A stretch of 62,222 bases of DNA from a virus. Taxonomy: Duplodnaviria; Caudoviricetes. Within the stretch, counting starts at the first letter, position 1. Each line of letters begins with the position of its first letter. This document shows, one piece after another, positions 18,296 through 29,300 of this stretch. The translations under genes and the position numbers were made by a program. Under the pieces are notes generated by a model. The model did not search any database. It saw only the letters and a program-made list of their open reading frames with translations, and was not told where the DNA came from. The stretch spans positions 1 to 62,222 of the IMG/VR virus record IMGVR_UViG_3300009124_000012; one strand, written 5' to 3'.

Positions 18296-21200
18296 TTACT
18301 TAGTTAGTTGAGTGATTACCGCAGTAATATTTACTACGCCATTTGCCGAAACATCACTAGTTAGAGTAGGAGTTAGAATAATATCTCCAGTAGCACCATC
18401 AATAGTAAACGCTGTTGTAAACAGATTATTGCCTGTCAGGATATTTCCATACTCTGTGTGGAAAATATCAGATCCTTTATGTGTAATAGTAAATTCAATG
18501 ATCTCTCTATCATCATTGGTAGTATTTTCAGCAGAAAGAACTACTTTAGCACCATAATTTGTAGCAGGAGAGTAAACAGAAATAGGTAAGAAGTCTGTAG
18601 TTCCTTTTACAAGTTGGATATCAGATGAAGTAATTGCTACATCTCTAAGAGCAAATTGATTTAGATCATTATTAAAGAGAGTAATAAAGTTTGGAGATCC
18701 TGTTCCAAAGTTATTATTATATAGAAGTTCTCCTTGATCGTTCATCTTCAGGAGAGTATCTGCATTCAAACCTGTAGAGATTGCAAACTCAAGACTATCA
18801 GCAGAAGTTGTTAGTTTTGTAGTAGTTCCATCGCTTGTCAGAACTACATTTGTGCCATCAATATTTAAAGTATTTACGTTTAGAGTAAGAGCAAGACTGG
18901 TGCTATCAACAGTATCAATGCCATTAAACAAGAAATTACTATCAGTAATTTGAATAGTGCTTAGTCCATTGTTTTGGAAATATAATGTATCTTCATCAGT
19001 ACCAGCAGCAGATTCTGCTTTGATTAGAGTATCTTGGTCTACGTCTTTAACGCCACCAAGACCTCCCCACTGGGTTCCATCGTAACCTTCAAACTGAGTA
19101 TCATCAGTGTTATATCTAATAGATCCTCTCTCGGGAATACCTCTTTCAAGGGTAGTTCCTGAAGGAATAACTAGTGTCGTTACAGAATCTACTTTTACTT
19201 TCTTTCCTGTAAATGGGGTGATTGTTAAATCATTTACAAGAGTGCTGATGTCTGCACCAAGAATACGAATTTCTTCTGAGATTGTTAGAGGAACATCACC
19301 AAATGGTCCAACCTTTACATCATTGATACCATCAAAGTTTAATGTATCTACAGCGAGACTATGCCAAGTGAAGTCTGCTGTACCGTTTGCTTGTGTTCCA
19401 CTTGTATGTGTAGGTGGCGCGGTAGGACCATCTGTAACTCCGCTAATAGCAACTTGATAGATGTTATTTCTGTATGCGATGTAATCACCAGCAGTTACAG
19501 GAACATTCTCAGACCATACAGTAAACGAAACAGCAGAAGTATTTGGAGATGAAATATTCTTCATCTGCCAGAATTGTAACTGGTTTTGTGTAAGTCTTAA
19601 GGTGTTTACATTGTTATTATAGAAGTACAATGTATTGTCATTGGCACCAGGAGATGCTTCTGCAAGAATATAAGTGTTGCCATCCTGGTCTCTAATTCCA
19701 CCTAGAGAACTCCAGGAAGTAGTAGATTCTACATAACCTTCATACTGACTAGTAGTCGTATTAAATCTGATAGTACCGTTTTCCGACTGGAGTACATTAG
19801 GTCTATCTAAGGTGCTACCCGCTGGGATGGTTAGACCGCTAACCATATTAAACTTAGCAATCGAAGATCCTTGAGGAGCAAAAAGAAGATCTGTGTTTGT
19901 TGCTGTACTAATTGTATTTCCTTGTAAGAATAAAGTAGAATCTACATTTAGTCTTGCAGTAGAACCATTGAGAAGAAGATCACTATCGTTAATAGTTACT
20001 GGAGACGATGTTGTTACTTCTCCAGATCCCAGTAAATTGAAATTGCCTACAGTAAGTTGTCTTGTATCGAGAATAATATCTGCTAGAGCACTAGTATTAA
20101 TCTGTAAATTATTATTACCATTAACTTGAACAGTTGCATCTTGGATATCAATCAAGTCTGCAGTCAACTGACTGGTGAATACGCCTGTAGTTGCTGATAC
20201 AGCACCAGTAGTTACAGAAGCATCAGCAGTGATTGCACCTGTATCTACTTCGATATTTACAGTTTCTGTTTTTGTTGTGGTATTAACTCTTAGTTCATAT
20301 CCAGTTCCAGACAAATCTTCTGAACCAGTAATATTGATTGTATAAGGATCTCCTAGGAAACCATTAATATTATCTGGAGATGGAATAGATCCCGATACCT
20401 CAGCAGAAAAATAAAGAGTAGTTGGCGTTGTGCTATCTGGTTGTAAAATTACTCTATCATTTGCATAATCATATGTAATATAGTCTGCTTCTAATTTTGC
20501 GGTAGCAGTATCACTGTCTTTGAATACAAAATTATATCCAGTGTTTGATGGGTGAGATATATTAAAATAATATCTTCTATTTGTATTGATATTAATACTT
20601 TCTAAGAAAACATCATTATCTTCATCATTGACAGTAATTGTTCCATACATCGCAGAAGGATGATTGGAACAAACATAATAATATGTTCCCGCATTAACTG
20701 AAGAAGTATCAAAAGTTACAGGACCACTAGTAGCACCATTGTTTTCTACAATTCCTACATTGTTTCCTTGATCATAAGTAGTCGTATCAAAAGCATCTGT
20801 TTGAATATAAAAAGGATGTGTGCCAGTGTTGACATTGAACACTAACTTATCACCTTTATCTACAACAATTGTTGGATCATTTTCCGATGAATGTGTAGTA
20901 GTGCTATCTGCACCTGTAATTACAAAGTTAGTGTTAGCACCATCTTCTCCAACAGATAAAGTATATGTTGGAAAGTTGCCATCGTTTAGATAATATTGTT
21001 TTGATTCTGTTAATGTATCAACAATAGGTTGTACAAGATTATCAACCGCAGATTCTAACGCAGTTGAAGGAGCAAAGGATACAGTTCCACCTTCATTGGA
21101 AACAACAACAGCAGAAATAGGAGTAACATTTTGTGTAGTCGCAACTGTTAGTTCTAAGTCTATAAAAGCAGTAACTTGTAGAGTAAATGGTGTTCCTGTT

Positions 21201-23203
21201 CCACCAGTAGAAGAAACTGGAAGAGTGATGACATCTCCAGTTGTATATCCACTTCCCTCAGATGTGAGTGTAATTAAAGCAGTACCATCTGCTGATACAT
21301 TGACACTAAAAGTTGCACCAGCACCTGTTCCACTACTAGTTCCAGTTACACCACTGTTAATAGATGGAGTTCTATTTGGATCTGCCGCACTAGTATCTAC
21401 AAAACCCTTTACAGGACCAACATTACTTCCGATATTTGGACCAACAAAAGTGATGGTGTCTGTAGCAATATAATCAATACCAGGATTGACAATCTGAATG
21501 TCATTTACCGATAATGCTCCTCCACCAGAAGCGGTGACAGTAACAACAAACTGATATCCACTTCCAGAAGTTGATGTTTGGGATACTGCGGTGTATGTTC
21601 CTGCAATGTGTGAAGTTCCTTGAGCACTAATTGTAAATGTTCCAACTCCACTATTTTCTGCTGGAGCATTAATATGTCTCTTAATTAGTGGTGTTACAAG
21701 ACTATATGTTGGTGAAGTTCCGATTGGAAAATAGTATGAAGATTGAACATTATCAAACTCTAATAAGAAATGATCAACCAAATATAATTGCCAGAAACTT
21801 CTTAGTGGCAATTTAGATTGAAGAACACCTAGAATATCATTTGGTTCATAACCATTTCCAACACTAGTAATATTAGTAGTTGTAATTACACCTTCACCAT
21901 CAATTGTTCCAGAGAATTGTGAGGTAATAGTTCCAGCAGAAATTGCTGTAACAACGTCATCGCTTGAAATACCAAGAACATCTCCAACTTGATATCCAGA
22001 ACCATAGCTATTAATATCAAGTGATGTTATTGAATTGTTAGATACTTCTGCAGTAAGGACCGCTCCAGAACCATAAGATCCTGCGGTGCCTGTTAAAATT
22101 TGACAATTAAATTCATCAACAATTGCCTGAGCAGCATCACGAACAATATTGACAACAGAAGTTGTTGGGAAAGTTGGTTTGATAACTAACTGAATAAATG
22201 CTCCAGGATCACCAAAATTACCAAATTTCTCAAATGCAATTATATCTGGATCTAAGTAAGTATTATTATCTACTTCAAAGTGGAATGGTTGCGAAGACAT
22301 TCCAACAACACCAATTGAAATTGTTAAATCGCTACCAGTTCCACCAACAGATGATGCGGGAACTGTAAGATCTTCTGCGTTTACATAATTAGCACCAGGA
22401 TTGTTGATGGTAAGAACAGAAACTGCACCAGTACCATCAATCGTAATATCAAAGGTTGCATTGGTTCCTGAACCACCAGTAGCAGCAACATTAGTATAAG
22501 TTCCTGCAGTTCTAGTAGCATCTGCTCCTGTAACTTCTGAAGACGAGTTTACAGGACCAGAGTTTTGACTGATGTCAAATGTATAAGTATTTCCTCTTGT
22601 TAAGTTTAAGTTTTGATTTACTCCATCAACTAGATACTCATATTCTGGTGGAGAGAAAGTAGCAGGGTTTGCTGGAACAGTTTCATTCAGTGAAACTACA
22701 AATGTTTGTGTCGCAGCGTTTACAAACCTTACAGCGAGAGAACCATTAGTATAACCAGCACCAGCAGTTGTTATATTTACATTAAACTCGGAAACAACAA
22801 TAGTTGCCACCGCACCATCACCAGATCCACCTGTTAATGGTACTTCTTGATATGTTCCTGGATAATAATCAACACCTCTTGCATTTACAGTAGTTCCTGT
22901 AATCTGAGACTTAAAGAGATTGATGTCTCTTAGAGAATTGATAGAAGTATTATCAATATCAAAAATTTTCTTGGCAGTATTAACAAACGTTAGTTTGTTG
23001 CCTGCTTTGTAAATACCTGTTCTAGATTCCGACGCGAATGCTAGAGATGGTGCTTCTTTTGTACCATCTGCTAATTTTAGATTTGAAAAGGAAGATGAAC
23101 CAGAACCACCAGTTAGTTCAAAGAGATCATTAGCAATCGTGTTGATAATCTGTCTTTGTCTTTCTAGTGTATCGGTTTTTGCTACGGACCTAAGAACTGC
23201 CAT
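18296..23203 (-). CDS. large baseplate/tail-fibre connector-like structural protein (1635 aa) with a cupredoxin-like domain
   Basis: MAVLRSVAKTDTLERQRQIIN N-terminus, DGTxxAPSLAF, two IPxGxTLxR..G.IR.N..YEGY..W..LGG..D.D repeats, YYYVCSNHPSAMYG. Confidence 0.75.
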   Translation of the reverse strand: MAVLRSVAKTDTLERQRQIINTIANDLFELTGGSGSSSFSNLKLADGTKEAPSLAFASESRTGIYKAGNKLTFVNTAKKIFDIDNTSINSLRDINLFKSQITGTTVNARGVDYYPGTYQEVPLTGGSGDGAVATIVVSEFNVNITTAGAGYTNGSLAVRFVNAATQTFVVSLNETVPANPATFSPPEYEYLVDGVNQNLNLTRGNTYTFDISQNSGPVNSSSEVTGADATRTAGTYTNVAATGGSGTNATFDITIDGTGAVSVLTINNPGANYVNAEDLTVPASSVGGTGSDLTISIGVVGMSSQPFHFEVDNNTYLDPDIIAFEKFGNFGDPGAFIQLVIKPTFPTTSVVNIVRDAAQAIVDEFNCQILTGTAGSYGSGAVLTAEVSNNSITSLDINSYGSGYQVGDVLGISSDDVVTAISAGTITSQFSGTIDGEGVITTTNITSVGNGYEPNDILGVLQSKLPLRSFWQLYLVDHFLLEFDNVQSSYYFPIGTSPTYSLVTPLIKRHINAPAENSGVGTFTISAQGTSHIAGTYTAVSQTSTSGSGYQFVVTVTASGGGALSVNDIQIVNPGIDYIATDTITFVGPNIGSNVGPVKGFVDTSAADPNRTPSINSGVTGTSSGTGAGATFSVNVSADGTALITLTSEGSGYTTGDVITLPVSSTGGTGTPFTLQVTAFIDLELTVATTQNVTPISAVVVSNEGGTVSFAPSTALESAVDNLVQPIVDTLTESKQYYLNDGNFPTYTLSVGEDGANTNFVITGADSTTTHSSENDPTIVVDKGDKLVFNVNTGTHPFYIQTDAFDTTTYDQGNNVGIVENNGATSGPVTFDTSSVNAGTYYYVCSNHPSAMYGTITVNDEDNDVFLESININTNRRYYFNISHPSNTGYNFVFKDSDTATAKLEADYITYDYANDRVILQPDSTTPTTLYFSAEVSGSIPSPDNINGFLGDPYTINITGSEDLSGTGYELRVNTTTKTETVNIEVDTGAITADASVTTGAVSATTGVFTSQLTADLIDIQDATVQVNGNNNLQINTSALADIILDTRQLTVGNFNLLGSGEVTTSSPVTINDSDLLLNGSTARLNVDSTLFLQGNTISTATNTDLLFAPQGSSIAKFNMVSGLTIPAGSTLDRPNVLQSENGTIRFNTTTSQYEGYVESTTSWSSLGGIRDQDGNTYILAEASPGANDNTLYFYNNNVNTLRLTQNQLQFWQMKNISSPNTSAVSFTVWSENVPVTAGDYIAYRNNIYQVAISGVTDGPTAPPTHTSGTQANGTADFTWHSLAVDTLNFDGINDVKVGPFGDVPLTISEEIRILGADISTLVNDLTITPFTGKKVKVDSVTTLVIPSGTTLERGIPERGSIRYNTDDTQFEGYDGTQWGGLGGVKDVDQDTLIKAESAAGTDEDTLYFQNNGLSTIQITDSNFLFNGIDTVDSTSLALTLNVNTLNIDGTNVVLTSDGTTTKLTTSADSLEFAISTGLNADTLLKMNDQGELLYNNNFGTGSPNFITLFNNDLNQFALRDVAITSSDIQLVKGTTDFLPISVYSPATNYGAKVVLSAENTTNDDREIIEFTITHKGSDIFHTEYGNILTGNNLFTTAFTIDGATGDIILTPTLTSDVSANGVVNITAVITQLTK

Positions 23204-23390
23204 TTCTTATAAACTCTTTGAGAAGTTGTTTAATTTCAGATATTTCTGCTTTCAAAGTATTTATGTCTTCTAAAGCAGCGTTAAAATTCTGTGATGCACT
23301 CCTTTTAGGAGCGTCCGCATTTACAATCGCACCAGTACGAGGGTCACGATAAAGATTATTGTGACCCTCAACTTTTAAATAATTTTTCAT
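23190..23390 (-). CDS. conserved small cyanophage protein
   Basis: YLKVEGHNNLYRDPRTGAIVN plus coiled coil; contains late box CATAAATA (23258-23265) for the next gene. Confidence 0.75.
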   Translation of the reverse strand: MKNYLKVEGHNNLYRDPRTGAIVNADAPKRSASQNFNAALEDINTLKAEISEIKQLLKEFIRNGSS

Positions 23391-26300
23391 CAGTAAGAAG
23401 CTACAGCGCGGAGGTCTTGTAGTTTTGGAACATAAACAGGATCATCTGACTTCATAACAACTTTAATTGCAAAGGATGTAAACTCTGGTAGTTCAGAAAC
23501 ACTATAGACTAATTCTTGATAGTCCTGTTGCTTCTCAAATAATCCAGATGCGCTATTTGTTTCTGTTGCCAGAACATCAACATCTGGAGCACCAGTTTCA
23601 TTGAAGTAAGACCACTCAATGTTCTCGAAATCAACGTCAGAACCTGCTTCTTTAATCTTATAAAGAAGTCTTACATTTTCAACATCTTTCACATTGACTG
23701 TAGTTCTTACATCAATCGAAGTTCCTGGAGAATTGATAGAAACCTGCTTTGTAATATACTTTGCTAGAGCAGATGAATCTTTTGCGCCAAGATCAGAAAC
23801 ATAATCAACACCAGTAGTAAACTCCATTGAATTAACTCTAATATACTTCTCTTCGCCAGATGGAATATTAGTATAGAAAATGATATCACCAACTCTAAAG
23901 ATATCTGCTGTTTGATCAGCAACATTTGCTTGTCTAGTAAATGCACTTCCTAGAGTAATTCTAGAAGTATAATCATTGTTGATAGGATTCTTATCATTTT
24001 CAACTGTCAACTCTTTTGCAATTGGATCCCATTCAACAATCTTACCAGAAATCTTGTTATCATATTTCTGTGTAACATCGTTTGGATTGAATGCTACGAT
24101 TGTAGATCCAATATCAAAGGAAACGGATTTTGGAGTTAGACCTACAACTCTAACAGTGTCACCAGATAAGTTACCACCAGCAGCAGACTGAAGAGCAAAT
24201 TTCAGTTCTTCATTTTGAATGAGATTGCTTTCAGATGTAACTTGAATGACTGCTCTGCTATTTGCAGAATCGTATGCAAGAACTGTACCTGTTGTTCCAG
24301 AAGCAACTCCTTCTACACTTTGATTTGCATCAATATCTTGACTGTTTCCAGAAACTGTAACAGTAAACAGTGGATTGAACTTGAGAACTTGATTTCTCTT
24401 TGCATATCTACCTTCAACTCCAGTAGAGTTTTCAATTCTATTGGTAGCAGTCTTGACTGAAGATACGCGAAGGTCAATTAGTGGAGACAGATAATCAACA
24501 TCAGAAGATAGAGCAAACTTGTACTCTAGCGAGTTGTTAATATTATTAGAAATTTCATTAATTCTCGAAGCAACAACCTTCTGGTTCAAGAAGAAATGCT
24601 CCTCATTCAAGAAAGTCTTTTCATATTGTTCCTGAGAGTATGAAACATAGTTAGTAGTATTAGAATCTACAGGAACAATGTTTGTAGTCTTAACTGATGT
24701 GCTGATAGAAGTATTTGGAGATTGGATGTAACCAACCTGAGCAAATAACTTCTCATACTTTCTATTATAAGATGTTAGAGCACCAGATCCACCACCAACA
24801 GAATTGCTGCTAGCTCTATTTGGTCCTACGATAGTGTAACTATCAACACCATTGTTAGATACTGTATACAATCCAGCATTTAAATTAGCACCAGTAAATC
24901 CACCAACATTTTCTAAAGACTTATAGAATACAAACGATCCACCTTTCTGTTCAAAACCATGGTCTCTATGAGAAACTCTAATGATAGAATTGTTGTTCTT
25001 GAATAGAGTAGAGGTAGCATTAGTGTTCGCTAATGCATATGTCTCAATAGGATCTTCTGCAAGTGCTTCATAACCTAGATTTTCATTGACTGCAACAAAT
25101 GTTCCAGATCTGCTATTATCAAACTTAGCACGATATAGAGTAAACTTGATATCTTCTGAAACATCTTCTTCCCACTTTGCGGTATTCTGAGACTTATAAA
25201 CAGAACCTAGTAGTGGTTGTGTGGTTACAGAAGCACCAGTAGTTACATCAGATTCTGACAATCTTGATGCCCATACTGCATAATCGGAACTATCTGTTTC
25301 AATAACGAGAGTGTACTCAGCATCATTTTGTAGATATACTGGATGCTCAAACTCGAAGAACGTTGGGACTGTTGATTGTGTGACACCTGCTACATCTGTA
25401 GCAACACCCATTCTCACAGCATACGATGTAATCTCGATGAATGATTGAATGCTTGCTCCTGCAGCAGCAGTTCCTGTTCCTCTAATTGTGACAGATGGTG
25501 GTTCTGTATATCCATTTCCATCGATCTGAATTTCTGCATTATAAATCTTACCACCAGAAACATATGCAGTTCCTGTAGCGGTACTTGATCCAGGCAGTTG
25601 AGGACTTTCAATAGTAATTACTGCACTATCATATCCACCACCAAGATTTGTAACCTTCAAATCTGAAACTCTACCAGAGTTCTTAGCAATGGTGATTGCA
25701 TTTGCAGTTCCATTAGTAGCATTAAATGAAGTGAGGCTAGCAATGATAAGTTCTTCATTTGGTAGGAAAGAAATACCATTGTGGTTAGATAGAACCAAGG
25801 TATAAACCTGATCTGGTGATAGGTCTACAGTGGAACTAGAAGATGCTACGATTTCAGTATCGTTTTTGTCGAGAAGTTTCAACAAAGGACCGACTGCACC
25901 AGAACTCTTGCCAGTGATATTTTCACCGATAGAAATTGTTAAATCGGCATTAGCAGTTACTTTCAGATACGTGTTGGAGTTCTTGACAGATACAGAACCA
26001 GGAACAATAAACTTGCCTGGTTTGCCAACATCAGTATTTGTGATGTAAACTCTAACTGGAGTATTGGTATCTTTCTTGCTGAAGAATAGATCAACACCTG
26101 TAGCAAATACACCACCATCAAAGTTTTCAACTTCAAACGTTTGTGCAAGAGGATTTGGTTTTTCTACATTCTGTGTTGTATTATCTACAGTCTGTCTACC
26201 CTCATTCGCTTTGAACTGAGCAGGAAGAGTGGAAATAATAGATGATGGATTTTCAGGAAGAGCACCAGTTGCGTAGTATTTTACTTCTGCATAACTGTCA

Positions 26301-29300
26301 ACACTATCTTTAGAAGCATTATCAACACTGGTTGTAAATCTGATAGTTTTGATACCAGTTGTAAATCTAATCTCTTCGGAATTTTCATCATATAGCATGG
26401 TGTTTACATCACCAGTCCAAGAAGTTCCTGATTGTGGAGCATGACCAGCAGGAATTAGAATGATGCCACTTGCATTTCCATTTTCATCTGTAGTGATAGT
26501 TTTGCCGAAAGATGATGGAGAGTTACCAGCAATACCACTATACTTGATATCGGGGTTTACCCATCTTCCAATATCTCTACCTTCCATGTAAACATAGAAT
26601 TTAGTAGATGCTTTCAGTCTAGTTAGGTTATACTTGACTGGAATAGATCTTACAAAATACTGTACTGAAGAAACAATAGTATTTCCATTTACAGTGGATA
26701 CTGCAGCACCTTTAGCAGTCTCGTTGTTTAGAGGACTGATATTTGAACTGCTGTTTGTTAGAGCAGCAACTACTTTAGATTGTGCTGCAGCAGTTGCAGT
26801 TTCGGAAAGAGGAGCAATATTAAAGAACGATCTGTTAGATCCAATCCAATTTACAATGAAAGAATTATAATAACTGGAGATTGCTTCTTTAGCATCAGTC
26901 TTTGCTGTATAAATGTTATACAAGCTGGTGTTGCTATCTCTAACTAGAGGAACTTGTGTAGTGTCATACCACTGATCTACGGATGGTGATAGTTGTGCAT
27001 CACCAACATATTGAATGAGAACAAATGGATTTGGATTGATTGTCTTCGTCGCAAACGAATTACCTAGAAGCTTAGTATTTGTGTAAGGAAGAGTAACTAC
27101 TCCATTTGTATTTGCATAATGGTTAGCAATTCTCTCATCAGTTCTAGTATTCAGTTCTACAAGATCAAAACTATCTTCTTTCGTTGTAGGTCTTAGAACA
27201 GATTGTTGACTGTCAATAGCAGCCTGATAATCGTTCGATCCTAAGTTTCCATATAGATGACCCTCAAAGTTGTCTGCAATAAATCCACTCTTAAATCTGT
27301 CAAAACCAACACTGTCCTTGATTTGCATGTTTAGAGTTTGCTGCTCAAGGATGCTGAGCGTAGTGTAATACTCAAGGCGCTCGATACGCTTCTCAAGTTT
27401 ACCAATGTCACGCATAGTATAGCGACGATTATCTACACTGATTACACGAACATCCTTTTCGCTGTCTGTGTAGGAAGGAATGTGAATGTAGTAAAGTGCA
27501 ATTGCATCGTCAACTAATTCTGGTTTAGATGGATTTAGAGAAGAATTGCCTTCTTTGATAATGAAGTTTCCTTTTTTATCCAAGAAAACGCCATCAATTC
27601 TATCCATATACTGCGATTCACTAAACGAGAATGTATATGAAAGGTTGCTATCTGGTGCAGGTGTACTAGAAGTTACACCACCATCACCAATAAACTTCGC
27701 ATAATCTGTAGTATTCAATGTTGTTGCACCTTGGAAACCAGGAACAACTACATCATTGTCAACTTTTGGTCTGTAATCAATAACATCTTTTAGTGAAATG
27801 TTGCCATGAACGCTTGAGTTGAAATTAGGAACTTCGCCAGGTCCAACACCTGCTTCGTGGATATAACTATCAACCGTACAGAAATCTCCTTGAGAATGCT
27901 CGAAGTAATCAAATGCAATTACTAATTGTCCTGTTGGAGCAGACTTTCCTGGTTTTAGAATAATTCTAGAAACATCATAGAAAGTATCTCTTTGACCATC
28001 ATCAAATGTGAAGTTATTAGTTATATCAGTACCAGAGATTAATCTTCCATTTGTATCAACCTGAGGAGGATTTGTAGTAGATCCTTCGTAAATATATCTT
28101 AGTTTGAATACATCGGAGTAGGAGTAGCTCTCTACTTCTTCGGTGTCATAGTCTCTACCACGGAGAGGAATAATTCTATCTCCAGCAGAGATAACAGTAA
28201 TTCTTTTATTGCGAACAGCAGTCTTAAGTCTTGGTCTTGCTTTGGTTACTTCAATGGTTGCAGATAACTTTAATTTAGGGAAACCTGATGAAATAGAACC
28301 AAAGTAATCATTTGGAAGGGTGATAGAAACACTACCCGCAGTAAGACCGCTAGTAGTATCAGTAGATGTTTCGATATTTACGTAACTAGGATCAATATAA
28401 ACTACATCACCATTTTCAACTGTAGTAGAATTACCTTTGTCTAGTACAGTAATAATATAATTTTGCTCAGTATAATCAACAAATCTTTGTGTGCCGAAAG
28501 TTAGTTGAGCGATGAAGGTTAGTTGACCACCACTAGAGGAACCATCGATAACAAAGTCTCTACGAATGTGTGTTCTGATTTTTGAATCTGTCTCATTTTT
28601 AATTAGAGACTGAACTTGCTTACTTCCTGTTGGGAATACTAGAGAAGATTTGTCTGTATTTGAAACTACAGGACGTAATCTTACAACACTAACATTAGTT
28701 GCTGCAGCAGGAAGAGACCTGTCTAGATAAATTCTGGACTTGTTTGATCCAAATGGTGCAGTGGCATACTGAACGATACTTCTAACCACCTCACCATCAT
28801 CGTCCGTAAACTGCACGATATCGCCCTGTACGAGGAGTTTAGACACGTCACCATCAAATGTATTGCTGACTAGGTACTTCGTGTGTACAGCGCCAGAGAA
28901 CGTCCCCTGAGTGAGTGGTAGTGTCTCGGTATCAGTATTGCTGTCTAGTTGAACATCTGCTGTAAACTTATAAGAGTTTCCAGATCCAAATGTTGAGTAG
29001 AGAGACTTAATATTTTGTGCTGTATATGTAAATATAACGTTCCTGTTCATTACAGGAGTTACTTGAACAGTAGTGCCAGGAGTGGTGGATGAAGAAAGAG
29101 TTACCGAAGGGGGTTTGTTGTATACAGTTTGAACTGCATCTCTATCAACGATAGCAACTTTATATACATTTCCTCCATTTGTTGATGCCAAAATAGCATT
29201 AGTGTCAAACTCCACACCATCTAGAGAAACTGTGGGTGAAGTATAATTTGTTCCTCTATTAGTTACAATGAAGTGAGATACAGTATTTTCGTTAGCAATT

